A stretch of DNA of 64,000 nucleotides, taken from the NCBI GenBank assembly GCA_053919585.1, contig CM132802.1; one strand, 5' to 3'. The stretch is from Euprymna scolopes (lineage: Eukaryota). The position numbers were made by a program, and so were the translations under genes. This document shows positions 25,122 through 38,065 of this stretch, piece after piece. The notes below the pieces were generated by a model. That model had not been told where the DNA came from, did not search any database, and saw nothing but the letters and a program-made list of their open reading frames with translations. Each line of letters opens with the position of its first letter. The stretch's first letter is position 1.

Positions 25122-25951
25122 CAGGATGGAACGATACAATTGTCGCCCTAAAAAAGACATGATTCAACTTCCGTTTTGTTGCAGACCATGTACTAGTTGT
25201 GTACAAAAACCAAAGAGCGATAGGAGCTTTCTATCATGTCTGAAAGTGACACAATGTTAACGAACGAGATCGGAGATGCGCCGCTGTAAAACTCATGCTT
25301 TGTACCGAGCCATGTTATAACAACAGGACCATTGCAAGCACCTTTTAAATGCGTCGGTGGATTGTCACTAATAACCGGGACGTGCCTAGAGTGATAAAAA
25401 CGAAGTTTCCGGCAACGGTTATTATTTTTAGTGTGGTTTAATAGGGGCCACATTATGCAACCTCACATCGTCGTAGTCGGCTTGAAAGTCAACACCAAAG
25501 TGTACCTGGATGTGCTGAAAAGTGTGATGATCCTCAGGTGGCCGCTGTGACAGCAGGACTCTGCGCCAGCCCACAAGTCTAAAGAGTCCCAGGCTTGACT
25601 TCAGAAGAAGTGCTACGACTTTGTACACGTCTCTCACTGCCCCCCCTCCTCCAATGACCTGAACCCGCCGGACAACTTCGTTTGGTCATGCGTCCAAAAC
25701 ATCACCAACATGACCTCCAACAACACCAAAGTCAACCTGATCTCCGCCATCAGCCGAGTATTCACAGAGCTTCCACCGATGCTTGAAGAAAAGGCATGGT
25801 ACTAGTCCTGGACCTATATTGAGGCTGAAGGCGGCTACATTGAATAGATATCAGCTTTACTACATAATCTAGTAACCTGAATTGATTTTTTTTTCAATAA
25901 AAGCTTTAAAATAAATTTTCTCTCGGGCGACAACTTTATCGTTCCACCCTG
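25122..25951 (+). mobile_element. maT (DD37D) Tc1/mariner element, internally deleted
   Basis: TIR CAGGATGGAACGATACAATTGTCGCCC / GGGCGACAACTTTATCGTTCCACCCTG with TA on both sides. Decayed QQDSAPAHKSKE..A.LQK.CYDFV..SH.PPSS.DLNP.D gives 37-residue D-D spacing; ends EAEGGYIE*. Confidence 0.85.
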
Positions 25952-26353
25952 TAAATATTTAAGCCTTGTGGCAAAGTAGGTTTTATTTTGTCAAATATTT
26001 GTCAAATATATTCACGCATAATCATTATTTTAGCATATCCCGTGAACTTTTTCCTAAAAAAAGTAAACAAAAATCATTTAAATTAAGAAATGTAAAATAA
26101 CAGAACACAATATGTACATAAAATGATGATTCCTGTAGAATTCCGTTGCATCTGGGCGTTCTTTCCCATGTCCACGGGATCGATCCTGCTTATTAGCACC
26201 AGTATTTACTTTATTTTATTTTCTGCCTGGTGTAAACTTTTGGCAATGAGGTAAGACCGCATTATTAAATAAAACAAAATACAATACTTTTTCATGACCA
26301 TTGTGAAAATATATGTAAAGCAATGAAAATGTTTACAATAAAACAAAAAAAAT

Positions 26354-26897
26354 CGTATTATTTGAATTCTTAGGACTACTGTTCTCATCGTTAGTGTCAT
26401 TTTCCCAACCTTTCGGTCGATGTAACCTTCAACCTTCTTCAGGTGTATCTTGCCCAATTTGGGAATGTGTTTTTTTTTTCAAAATCGGAAATTTGGACAG
26501 TAATTCGGACAGTGGTAGCATGTTCTTTTTCCGTCTGCCAGAACTGGATAGAGGTCCTAAGCATTGTATTTTTGGTCACCCACACTGAGAATTGAAACTT
26601 CAAACTTCAGGAGAATATAACTGTTACAATTTATTTTTCCAAGTACTCTAACCACTGCGCAACGGGTCCTTGCGAATTACTTAGGACATCTATCCAGTCA
26701 TGGCTGACGGAACAAGATGATGCTACCCCTGTGAAGTAAATAAAGGGTTCCGTTCGAAATTCCGTCCAAATTGTCAAATTCGACAGAAATATTTCCTAGT
26801 TCGACAAGATACATCTGAAGAAAGCCAGAGATGACATCAAACGAAACGTTGTGACATTCAAGACGAGAACAGTAGTCTGATGAAGCCAAATAATACG
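26354..26897. mobile_element. Foldback element with a minimal hammerhead-like core in each ~100-bp inverted arm
   Basis: GGACTACTGTTCTC / GAGAACAGTAGTCT inverted; minus-strand CTGAAGA (26436-26442)...GAAA and plus-strand CTGAAGA (26815)...GAAACGTTGTG (26843). Single-arm relative at ~30260-30345. Confidence 0.65.
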
Positions 26898-26959
26898 AAT
26901 AACCGAGCCTCATCTAAAAAATTTAGAAACGTAAAAAGAAAACTAAAAATAATCCTGTA

Positions 26960-27159
26960 TAGTAGAACCCCGTGATACGGTGGCCTTAGGATACGATTAT
27001 TTTTCACTTTTCGGCGTGGAATACGATGTTATCGGGCGTTACTGTATTTGTCCTGCTTTGCGGTGTTATTTATAATGTTATTTTATTATATACATGTGCC
27101 TTATATACTGTACTATATTTTCTTACTAATTTTTAATGCCGTATCCCGAGGTTCTACTG
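26960..27159. mobile_element. pogo/Tigger-type MITE
   Basis: TIR (T/C)AGTAGAACCCCGTGATACGG / CCGTATCCCGAGGTTCTACTG. Confidence 0.65.
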
Positions 27160-27499
27160 CACCATCGTCTTATGGAACGTTGTAAGTTTATTTACCTACT
27201 CTGCCGGAGGTCAGACATAAGGTCAGGTGATCTTTTGAAAAAAAAAAAATGGCGCACTAAAATATTGTAATCTGACCGACGTTGGTATTCTCCGGTAGGA
27301 AGTGCCTCAAGCGATTAGCAATAAACTAACACTTAGCTAGGGAAGTAAAGCAAACTCTGCAAGGATGGACCTCCTTCGACGGAGAGAAAAAAAAAAAAAC
27401 AAAAAAACGCCCAGCTCGAAAAAAAAAAAAAGCCACTGCCAAATTAATTGCATTAGACGTGACATAAAATCGCACATTTTTCTGCGTTTTGTATTTAGG

Positions 27500-27960
27500 A
27501 GGGAGTCACCAATTATCAAGCCCCAACAACTACTTGAAAAGTTTACAGGCGTCACTGAAACAACAGCCTAGTGATCGTTCGTGATAGAAATTGGGTAGAA
27601 TTAGATTATTGAAGAGGACGACTACACAAAAACTTGTTTACATTGAACTTGAAGACGACCATGTTTTAGTTAGCTGGAAAGCAGGTCAGTGAAACAGAAT
27701 TCCAAGACAAACAGTTATAGGAAAGAAGCTTTGTTCACAGAACCTGTGTTTAGACTTGGGCGAATATAGAAAAATGGGGTAAGCTTTTTATAGTGTTTGT
27801 GGATAGAAGAATGTTTGTTTTAACGACAGTTTGACAGGGAAGCATAGATTGAAGTTAAGACGAGCACTTGCCATGTAAATAACGATAAAATAGAGACGGG
27901 TCCGCAAGGTCTCTTCTGAGAAAGAGATAGATGTGGCAATGAGAATAAAAGCGCATCACC
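27500..27960 (-). mobile_element. Decayed CR1/L2-group LINE 3' fragment
   Basis: Minus strand has FYRYLHG-like and FFP..V.WNSVS..CFP..YN...FK-like remnants of LINE family 2. Confidence 0.55.
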
Positions 27961-28016
27961 TATTAGGTTTCGAAACCGGTTTTGAACTCTGTAAAGGTAG
28001 CACCTGAACTAATAAC

Positions 28017-28185
28017 TAGGGCTATTACAAAATAATATTCTTTTCATTATTTTGACTCTCGAATATATATAGCAGTTAATATCTTATGTTTTTAGACAGT
28101 AATATGGTTCTCGATACATTAACTGTGTCGAATATATACTCGACAGTCAAAATAATTATAAGAATAGTCTATAGCCATAGCCCTA
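28017..28185. mobile_element. hAT MITE with perfect 8-bp TSD
   Basis: TIR TAGGGCTAT/ATAGCCCTA; CTAATAAC at both 28009-28016 and 28186-28193. Confidence 0.85.
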
Positions 28186-31100
28186 CTAATAACCATGCAT
28201 TAATTGCACTGCGTAAAATAGTTGAATGTCTGTCTTATTAACGTATAATAAGTTATATTGAAATTTGCCTTAAAATGTGCCCAAGGAAAGGAACTACTTC
28301 GTGATTGAACTTTGACTGGAACAATTTCCTTTCGGCTATTCTGCTATTTGTAGTGCATCTTCTTATCGATCTTAAATTTTGTACCCGATATTACCCTTTT
28401 CGGAACAAGTATTATGATACGCTGGTATTGTTTTCATTTGTTCATTTTTTAAAAGCGATGTTTACGCTGACAGACCACGCAAAACAGTTGACAGACAGAG
28501 TATGTGTGATGCAATTAGCAAAACTAGATGTTTGTTCCATTGACATAATATAGTTATAAGTTTCTAAAAATATTCTCTTAAAATAATATCTAGCACGACC
28601 CGTGGAAGATCCACGGAATGAGAAATATATTTAGCAAACAAATGTGTTGATAAAGCTGATATTTTGCTAGGTAGCGGAAATGTTTTTGTTTTTTTAAACA
28701 GAATAAAAATCAGACATGCACAAATATGAGCCTATTTACATATCTATGAAAATAATGTTCATTATATTTTTAATATAGAACCGACAAAAATATGATAAAT
28801 TAATGTATTAATAAATCCTCCAAGAAGTAATATTCTGGTAGTTGAATACTAATAAGTAAATAGCATTGGAAGAGCCAATAATGTACTTTTTTCAGTCCAG
28901 TACAGAATAGAATAATCTCTTATTTTCCCTTCTTTTATTTCATGTCTTCCTTTTTTTTACGCAACGTTTCACTGATTTATGTCTTCGATAAAGAAAGAAC
29001 TGCCTCACGTCGAAATAACTACCAGTTCCTTTCGCACACCATAACAACAATGATCATATATTATTATAACGAATAGTCGAAAACGAGGCTAGATCAAAGG
29101 GAGGTCACTCTCATATTCTTGTCATGTGTTGCCAGATTAGTTTTTTTTTAAAGCCAGTTATCGCAAATTTGGCCTTCGTGAAGCAGTGTATCTTTTTCAA
29201 ATATTGTACTTGATCTTATCCCAAAAGGAACATACGGACTAACTAAGGAATGAACAAGTAGGATATTAAATAAATTTCCACTAAATATTTACTGTGCATT
29301 TCAACGAAACTGGATAGAGTAGACAAATTATGCTGTTTGGAGTGGTTGTTTTCGTCTTAATTCTGCAACTAGCATTACCCTATTGTTATTTGCGCCCATA
29401 ATCAATGTTTCGCCAGAACTCGTCGACAAGATTCTTTTCTTATGTTTATCTCTGTCTTAAGACCAGTCAACAATCGTTCTCACAACCGAAAAGTTTGCTG
29501 GCGATACAAAAAAAAAACTCGACTATTGTGAAACCGCAATTATTCTAGAACTGCACATGGAAGAGATCCGATTTCGGCGAACTGATATGTAGTTTCAATC
29601 AGCCTAATTAGACGGGCCAATCCACCATCTGACTAACAAAAAAAAAAAAAAAAAATTAAACATTTTGTTTTCTTAGGTATTTTTTGTTTTAACAGGAACA
29701 GGTTGGGTCTACTCTGCGTCATAGTCAAAGTTGAACAAGCTTTGAGTATAGGAAAGTTTCAAATTTCGAAGTTGAACATTTTCTACTTACAAGTCATTTT
29801 CTGTTGTGTTAAAAAAAGAAGAAAAAAAAAACTAATTCCGTGTTCATGACAAACCAAGCAATTTTGCATTTTTACCCATTTTTGTGCGGTTACCTCTACC
29901 CTACCCGAATTCACATAAGTCATAATGAATTTTCAAAGTTGGTCACATCGTTCCTCTCGCCCTCATCATCTATGACTGTATCATTTTTCATATTGTCACA
30001 TTTGCCATCTTGACCATGTCCTCATGCACTGGTACATTCTGGTCCATGTCTTCTGCAGGTGCAGGTAATTTTAAACAGTTGGGCCGGCAAGCAGTATAAA
30101 CTGGCACAGCATCACTCACTCACTTTAAGTTATCTGCCCCTCTTTGGAGTGTGCTTGAAAAATACATTATCCGTTGATCTCAGTTTGTATTATAAAGTTA
30201 TCTAGACAAAAATTAATATTCACTTAATCGAGAAAATTATTTCTCGTATTATTTGTATTCATCGCACTACTGTTCTAATCTTAAGTGTCATTTTTACAAC
30301 GATTCGGTCGATATAACCTCCGACCTTTTTCAGGCGTATCTTATGAAACTTGGGGGTTGTTCTGTCGAACTCGGGAATCAAAAACCCACGGCACAGTTTC
30401 TAGAATACTTGGAATTGTGTAATTAGTTGCAGCATAACATATGTGAGGATAATGCATTGACAAGTTTACTTAATATCCGGTGTGCCCTCGATTTGGCTGT
30501 GTTTCAGTTGCGAAGGGCCGTGACATAACTCCACTTCGCGCAACTGCTTCCCTACTTATTACTACTTTATCGCCACCAAATAAATAGATGATTTTTATCG
30601 ATCTCCACAGAAGTGCGCATAAGTAGTTTATATATTTGATCGATGTTAGTACTTTTACTCTGTTCCTCATCGATCGTCTGGCATTCACCTGCCATTAAGC
30701 CGTATCCGCGCTTGCCTTCATTATTTCTGAGGCTAATAATAAAATAAAAAGTTGAATAATACCATTCGGGTGATATTTAGCAGAACAAGCAAGTAGTAGA
30801 TTACAGTAGTGGTGTAAAGACTGTTAGACTAATATGTGTGACGTCAGAACTACAAGCAGCTCTAAGTTAATGGAAGTGTATATGCCTGCGAGATAATGAA
30901 AGTTTAAATCGCATTATCTCCTAGTCCCTATTTACTTACGCTCTCATGAGGGAAATCTCCACAAAAGCACTTTTTATGAAGGGGTAGCCAGCTCCCTTAA
31001 AAGTGACAAATTTGACAAAAAATGCCTCGGTCAAGAAAGATCTCATCTTCGACTAAGGGTAAAACATATACTTTGATTCTAGCCTACAAGTATCAAACGT

Positions 31101-31489
31101 GTATTTTATATTGGCTATAGTCAAGAAAACTGTAAGCGTTGGTGCGGCTATATAAATGCGATGTGCAGAATAAGCAGCAAGACGAAAACACGCATCTTCG
31201 AAAAATGAATACATCTTTCTAGTTTAAGATGCTTTTTTTTTTAATTTGACTTAAGAGATTGATACCCTATTTTATTTTGAATGCAAGAAGCAACTGATAA
31301 TTTTCCTCGTGTGCAAATTTAGTATGAATTTTGGGAACTTTAAACTGGCTGACGGAACGAGTGTATGTGACTTCCCAATACAAAATAGTTCGGTTCAAAA
31401 TTTAGTGCAGATTTTTGAGTTTGACAAAGATATAGTTTGCAGAGGGATTGCCGAGCTTGACAAGACAAACATGAAGTTTGGATGTTACG

Positions 31490-31765
31490 TCGGTTGGTTG
31501 GTTGTTTTTGTTTTACGGCATATCAACCTTTTTCAGGTTATTTAATGCCGAATCTAGTTATTTTGAGGAACGATTTTTAATGGGGTATATTTGTTTTTTT
31601 AAGTTGAATTCTATTTAACCCATAGTTGGGACCCTTATAGGTACTACCACTCCGGGTCAGAGTGGACCTGGGAGCAATGGCAATTAAAGGGTGGCTCCAC
31701 TCTCCCCAAGGCCCGCAAGCTGGGGCCTCACCATCGGATATAGTTTTAGGTCATATCCAGGACCG
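31490..31765 (+). repeat. Dispersed ~270-bp repeat; inverted copy at 43030-43293
   Basis: ACCACTCCGGGTCAGAGTGGACCTGGGAGCAATGGCAATTAAAGGGGTGGCTCCAC matches the reverse complement of 43095-43150; class unknown. Confidence 0.8.
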
Positions 31766-32339
31766 ATGTTACGTCGGAAAATCGTTGTTCGAATAACATC
31801 CCAGATAGGGACAGTAGTTAGAAAAATCCAAATAATCACAAATTAAATTCTTATCACAAAAATTAAGAAACATTATTTCTTTTAGTTTGAATGAACTTTT
31901 TGGAGATATTCCGATACTTTCTTTAAAATTGAACTCAATATTGTTCACACCTTTGGACTGGTGCGCCAACAAATGACCTATATATATAGTTTTTATATCA
32001 GAATTTCTTATATAGGCAGAAAGAATGGGTCATATATATATGCGAAACAGTTCCTACCGAGCTTCTATCAATGTTTTGTGTAAGCGGATTAAACAACAAA
32101 TTCGATTCGTTTTCAGCCTGCAAAAATAGATGCTAAAAAGTCGTGAATTGATAAAAATGGAACATGGCAGTTATAAGGTGACTAATCGTGTTACTCTTAG
32201 ACATGCACAAATAAACGTTTCCATCTTTAATAATATTATTTTTTTTAAATTTGGACTGGTGCGCCAACAAATGACCTATGCATCTTAGGGTCTCTTAGAC
32301 AGGATGCAAACATTTTCCTGACGTAACAAATCTGCACTA

Positions 32340-32750
32340 AAAACTAAACTTCCGCCCCCGCATTAAACTCCCACTGCAGTATTGTATCCCTGTGCTTGTT
32401 TTCAAATACTTCCACGGAATGTGCTCCGGTGAACTTAACGCACTTATACACCCTAAACTTTAATCGTCAGGACGACTTTCCTATTAATAAAATCACAGAG
32501 GTCACTAAGATAAATTGTGGAATTGTCTTCCGTGTTCCTGCTTTCCGGCTGACTACAATATGATTGTGTTCAAGTCTAACGTAAATAAGTTCTTGATGAG
32601 CCGTTCCATATAAGTTATCAAATTTACCAAATTTTCATTACTAATGATTACTATATTGTCCAATTTCTACTGTACACTCTTTAACCCTTATCCTTGAGTG
32701 GCCTCTGGCCCTTGATAATGTGGTGATGCCTATGTAAAAAAAAAAAAAAA
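32340..32750 (+). mobile_element. CR1/L2-group LINE family 2 3' end with polyA; relatives at 35700-36105 (+), 37690-38250 (+), 58605-58980 (-), 60490-60676 plus 61325-61520 (+) and 62095-62164 (+)
   Basis: Shared tail CTTATCC.CGAGTGGCCTC.GGCCTTGATAA.TGGTGATGCCTATG-A(n) and TGGAA.TGT..CCGT...CCTGCTTTCC.GCTGACTACAA. Confidence 0.75.
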
Positions 32751-33036
32751 GATAACGGCAGATTGTTTATTTTAATAATTTGTTTTCCTCGGAATGCTCA
32801 CGTTTGGAATTCACTCTCGGTTCTTTCGAGCGAATTAACATGCAGAGATGTAACTGTAATGTGAACAAATACCTTGCGACCTAACTCCCCACTCCGGTTA
32901 TACTCTTGCGATGCTTGTCTCTATTACAATAGACTCCTACGCTTCATTGGCAATATACCTTTTTCTTTTTTTTTCTCTCTCATATATAGTGTCGCAAAAT
33001 GAGCTGATATATTTGTTGGTATAAAAAATAAATAAC

Positions 33037-33115
<79 letters not shown>

Positions 33116-33116
<1 letters not shown>

Positions 33117-33410
33117 TGTACGGCATGATCACGTTTGACACACCGGTAGCCGCCAGATCAGCGAAGTTAAGCAACGTTGAGCCTGGCCAGTACTAGATGG
33201 GTGACCATTTGGGACTTCCAGGTGCTGTATGTGCTCTCCGCGTATTTCGGGATTGTTTCCAGTCGTCCTGGATTTCTCCTTGACATTAGACTCAGGCAGT
33301 GCCGATTCAGGAGAGGTGTGGTGGAGATTGCGCAAGACTTGACACACAATTACATGCGCAGCTGCCCATATAGGGGGTATCCTCAGTCTTTCGAGACTGA
33401 AGGGAGGCAT
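33116..33410 (+). mobile_element. 5S-rRNA-derived SINE (SINE3-type), full length
   Basis: Head matches 5S rRNA (GATCAGCGAAGTTAAGCAACG A box; AGTACTAGATGGGTGACC IE/C box); ~180-bp body shared with 42585-42870 and 62933-63222. Confidence 0.85.
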
Positions 33411-33499
33411 CGATATATATGGTGCCGCAAAATTAACTGACATACTTGTTGGTAAAAAAAAAACAATTAAATAAAGAAAATATTTTTCAATTTTTTTTC

Positions 33500-33958
33500 A
33501 AATGTACGTAGAATGTCCGATTTAATATTTAAGACTTAAATGAAATGACAATTTTTTTTTCCAAATTGCTAACGGATGCTTATAGATGTTCACAAAAGTT
33601 TTCAATAACTCGATAGATCATTTCGGGTGGAATAACAGCAATTTCAGAACTAATAGCTAGTTTTACTTCTTTAAGAGATCGAGAGCGGTGTCTGAATACT
33701 TTTGACTTCAATTATCCCCACAAGAAAAAAAAATCACAGGGGTTTAGATCAGGCGATCTTGCGGGCCGACTAATATCACCACGCAAAGAACTCAAATGAT
33801 TCGGAGACAAGTTTTAATAAAATGTATAAATAAAGATATGAAGTAATTTTAATCGAATTAAAATAATATGGTATTCTACCTACATTAAAAAATATTTGTT
33901 TTTCTGTTATTTAATTTTTTTTACCTACAAATGTATCACCTTTTATATCCTAACCTTT

Positions 33959-33960
<2 letters not shown>
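33500..33960 (-). mobile_element. Decayed Tc1/mariner (rosa/DD41D-like) fragment
   Basis: Minus strand 33700-33770 reads PARSPDLNPCDFF..LWG. Confidence 0.55.
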
Positions 33961-34007
<47 letters not shown>

Positions 34008-34009
<2 letters not shown>

Positions 34010-34166
34010 GGGTGTAACTCAGATATAAGAGACCCGAATATAAGAAAAAAAGATATAAAATATTTTCTCTGGTCCCAAATTAGAGTCTGTGTTAATGTAC
34101 AGGGTTAACCGGATATATATAGTTGTAGGGACCCGATAAGAAGTCTCTTATATTCGGGTGACACTA
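34008..34166. mobile_element. pogo-type MITE (same family as 37877-38065)
   Basis: GTGTAACTCAGATATAAGAGA / TCTCTTATATTCGGGTGACAC inverted; shared TTTTCTCTGGT.CCAAATTAGAG.CTGTGTTAAT core. Confidence 0.7.
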
Positions 34167-36170
34167 TATATATATGACATTGTCTGTCTGCCTGTATGAA
34201 GAACAGTCTCTACCAAGCTCCTCCGTCAATATTTAGGCTACACTTGGAACTTGATATATAGAGGATGTCAATCTACGGAACTAATTCGATTTGGTCTTTA
34301 GCAGTTAAATGTAGCTGATAATTGAAAGAAAAAATAGAAGTCAAATAAGTGCTCTCATGCGCATACACAAATATACATTTTATACGTTAAAGCCGGTTAA
34401 ATTTTAACTTTTTATTATCCAGAATACGATAGCTCAAACGGTAACGACTTAGGTCGGAGAACTATGTTTTGGTTTAGACTCGAGCCGATGGCTCCAACAT
34501 ATTTTTATTTTTTACTTTTAAAATAACTATTATATTGGGTACAATATTATACTCGATCACAAAGAGAACTCATAATATTAAATGCAAAATCTGCATACAT
34601 TTCAATATCATATTTAAGCGTATTGTACGACCAAAGGCCTGCTAGTAATATATATATATATGATAAACTCTCCCATCGATTTCGACGTATGTAGTTCCGC
34701 CACAACTACTAGGTTGCTTGGAAATCCACACAGATAATTGGTTTATAGTGGTGAAGGCGTTGTGTAGAACCAACCACTTTTTTGGTATTATTGCTAACCA
34801 TTCGTCGGTGCAGATGACTGCCACTAGTCAGAGTATGCAGTAGGCCGTAGGTTTTTATATCAGAATTTCTTATACAGACAGAAAGACAGGGTCATATATG
34901 TGTGAAACGGTTCCTACCGATCTACTGTCAATATTTTGTCTAACCGGAATAAAACATATGCAACAAATTCGATTCGTTTTCAGCCTGCAAGAATAGATGC
35001 TAAATAGTCGTGAATGTATAAAAATGGAACATGGCAGTTATAAGGTTACTCTTAGACATGCGCAAATAAACGTTTCCATCTTTTAATAATATTATTTTTT
35101 AAAAGTCGTATATGCATATAGACTTAGCTTAAGTGTTAATGAGTAAGGTATGAGAAGGTTTTGGTTTCGATTCTAGTTAATTGCATCCAAGTCGTATAAT
35201 TATTTTTTAACTTAAAAAAACTACTATATATAAGGCACAATATAACAATCAACAGTATGTTAGCTCTATAATAATAATAAGAAGAAATCTGCCAAAAAAC
35301 AATATCTCATATTTAAGAGTATTTTACGATCATGTGACGCCAGGTAGCGTGCTAGTAGATTCTATAAAAAAGAACATCAACGCGATTACTCCTGCAAGGA
35401 GTAATTAACATACACAAAACAAGGAATAAATAAATAATAATTACAGTGAAAAAAGACATACAAATTGTTGAGAAAAAAAAACATAAAAAGAACATAATCA
35501 GAATGTATCCATTGTTTTTCTTCGTGCTCTTGCTCCCACCAACGATGAGATGCTTGTCTCCGTCATTTTTCGGCCCATGTGCCAAGCCTCCTACACTATT
35601 TGCATATGCGAATGGCAAGTTACGAAGAGATGGTCGAGAATGAAGGTACAGTTTTTTTTCGAATTTTTTTGTGATTAAAAATTTTTTTGTTTCTAAATAA
35701 CCCACCTCTCATTGTCACATATCCAATCTATGGTCCCCTCTGGCCTGACTTTCACGAAAAACACTTGTCTAGCTTAAACCACTATCAATAATTTCCCCCA
35801 CTAATTATCTGTGACTAAACCTAAACGTAGATTCCATGAACAAACCTTCTTTCTTAGAGTTGCACGCCCGTGGAATTGTTCCGTTTTCCTGCTTTCCAGC
35901 TGACTACAATATGACCATATTCAAGTCCTACATAAACAAGTTCTTGATAAGACATCCCCTCTAGTAATCCAATTTACCAAATTTCCACTACTAACGATTA
36001 CTACGATATTGTCCCATTGACTACTTTACACTCATTAACCCTTATCCTCGAGTGGCCTCCGAGCCTTGATAAGTGGTGACTCCTTTGTAAATATCCACAT
36101 AAAAAAATCCCTGCTCTTATTTGTATTATTATTTTGATTAATCGGGAAATTATTCTCATCTTGGGTGGTA

Positions 36171-36288
36171 TTTACATAACGTCTCAGTCGCTGCATCCCG
36201 CGACCTTCTTCGAGTGTTGAATGCATGTTGAATTGTGTATTCAACATCCGAAGAAGGTCGCGGGGTGCCACGATCGAAACGTTGTAAA
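36171..36288. repeat. Foldback palindrome with degenerate hammerhead-like cores in both arms
   Basis: GCATCCCGCGACCTTCTTCG / CGAAGAAGGTCGCGGGGTGC; right arm reads CCGAAGA...CGATC-GAAACGTTGTA. Confidence 0.7.
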
Positions 36289-36354
36289 AAAATTCAGAGT
36301 TGCATTCCTGTTCTTGTTTTAAAAATCTACCACACACACAGACACACATATATA

Positions 36355-36665
36355 TGATACAGCGAAACAGTACTGTATGTGGATAACTATAATGCTCCCC
36401 ATCTTGGGTTGAGCATATTGGTAAGTGATATACAAACTGCCATTATCGTATTAAGCGACGCTCTTTTTGTAAAACAATCGAGCTTAGGCATTTAGACGAT
36501 GTCAAAACATTAATAATTCACTACCCGCACAGTAGAAGCCGAATAATGGGAAGAAGCCTTGTCTGTCGTTTGGGCGATCGGGTTTCGACTCTGGCTTGAG
36601 GTAGTTGTCTGCCTAGCCTCACTGATGAGCTGTGATTCAGCGAAACAGTACTGTATGCGGATGAC
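36355..36665 (+). ncRNA. Retrozyme-like 278-nt unit bounded by hammerhead sequences, with Pol III boxes (family T2)
   Basis: 3' half HHR at 36355-36382; full HHR at 36616-36660 (CTGATGA 36622, GCTG/CAGC, GAAA, palindrome ACAGTACTGT, GTA, stem I CCTCA/TGCGG). Predicted cleavage after 36377 and 36655. B-box-like GGTTTCGACTC upstream. Confidence 0.85.
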
Positions 36666-37006
36666 ATATATATATACACTAGCAGAGAGACCCGAAGTTG
36701 TCAGGATTGAGAAAAAATCAACAAATGTCCCACTCTTCCATACTTTTATCGTCATCCAAATCGGTGAAATCGCTCATTTCTTAAGAAAATCGATGGAATG
36801 AACCCCCCCCCACTAGCCTATATATATATCTTTGCGCAAGGACCTGTGACGCAGTGGCTAGAACAATTAGAAAAATCATTTGTAAAAGTGATACTGTCCT
36901 GAAGGTTGAAGGTTCAATTCTCAGTGTGGGCGACCAAAAATACAACTGAGAATCAAGAAGAGAACAGTAGTCCGATCAATCCAAATAATACGAAGAAATG
37001 TTGTCA

Positions 37007-37037
<31 letters not shown>

Positions 37038-37662
37038 GGCAAAAGTGGCGCGCGCGTTTTTGTATGTCCGCGAAAGGCTTTTTTTTCTCCCGAGAGGGTT
37101 TTTTTTAAAAAACGTTTTATATACTCCCTTGATTATAATATCTACGATTTGCAAACGGACGTCGTTTCTACAATTACTTTGATCGACCTTTTTATAATAT
37201 TCCCTCTATTCAGTCTTCCGCATGTTTGTTTGCCTTTTTCGTATAAATAAAGCGAAATTAGTTGAATCAAAGTAGGCCGCCTGGCTTTCCTGTCAGGAAC
37301 GTCTTGAAAGCAATTAGCTTTGATCAATGTTCGGGAAACCCTTCATATCAGACAATTGCTATTCCTTTGAGAGTTCCCCCAAAAAGGGGGAGCTGATTTT
37401 TCCCAACATCGTGGAGAAACAAATACGGCGAGAAGCTTGACTGGCCTCAAGCCAGACGTTCATTTCTGCGCCTGCTTGAACTCATTTCTTTTTAATAGTT
37501 AAATTAGAACATTTTTCACTTCTTCTCGCGTCTTAGCGTAGCGGTAATATCTCTGTTTTTCTTTCACTTTTTTTTCTGCCTTCGCCTCTCGGGTTCGAGC
37601 CTGCCTGCCTGCTAACACATTTTTTCTCCAAACACCCGGGCAACGCCGGGCAGCCTCGCTAG
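37007..37662 (+). mobile_element. Complete non-autonomous Helitron
   Basis: A|TCTATA... start (A 37006) and CCCGGGCAACGCCGGG hairpin...CTAG|T end (T 37663): canonical AT insertion with no TSD. Confidence 0.88.
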
Positions 37663-37876
37663 TAAATTATATATTACATTCTGTCAAGACATGCTCATCT
37701 GAGATTCAATCTATGGTCCCAGTCTCACACTTTCAAATATGGTACTCGAAAGGCACCAGCCACCAGCAGCAATTGCCCCCCACACTTTTATTGTGCCTAA
37801 ATCTAAACGCAAATGCAATGAGCAAAGATGCTTTCCTAGAACTGCCCGTCTGTGGAACTATGGCCTGCTTTAATTA

Positions 37877-38065
37877 CAGTGTAACCCGGATATAAGAGAA
37901 GTGCATTTAAGAAAAACAGATATAAGAGATTTTCTCTGGTTCCAAATTAGAGCCTGTGTTAATTTAAAGTGTAACCCGGATATAAGAACCCTGATATGAG
38001 TTTAACCCGGATATAAGGTATATCTAGGGCTAGGATAAAAGGTCTCTTATATCCGGGTTACAATG
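37877..38065. mobile_element. pogo-type MITE inserted in a LINE family 2 fragment
   Basis: TIR CAGTGTAACCCGGATATAAGAGA / TCTCTTATATCCGGGTTACAATG with internal copies of TAACCCGGATATAAG. Confidence 0.8.

Noticed and set aside
29920-30075. Possible exon or microexon (CTGCAG GTGCAG GTAATT) or acidic minus-strand peptide
   Set aside because: Frames are short and broken with no recognisable domain; splice signals alone are insufficient.
30679-30697. miR-124-like sequence (TGGCATTCACC)
   Set aside because: Only an 11-nt match, the seed region differs, and there is no precursor hairpin.
33116-33231. Functional 5S rRNA genes (five copies)
   Set aside because: Copies are diverged from each other, lack a T-run terminator at +120, and continue into SINE bodies.
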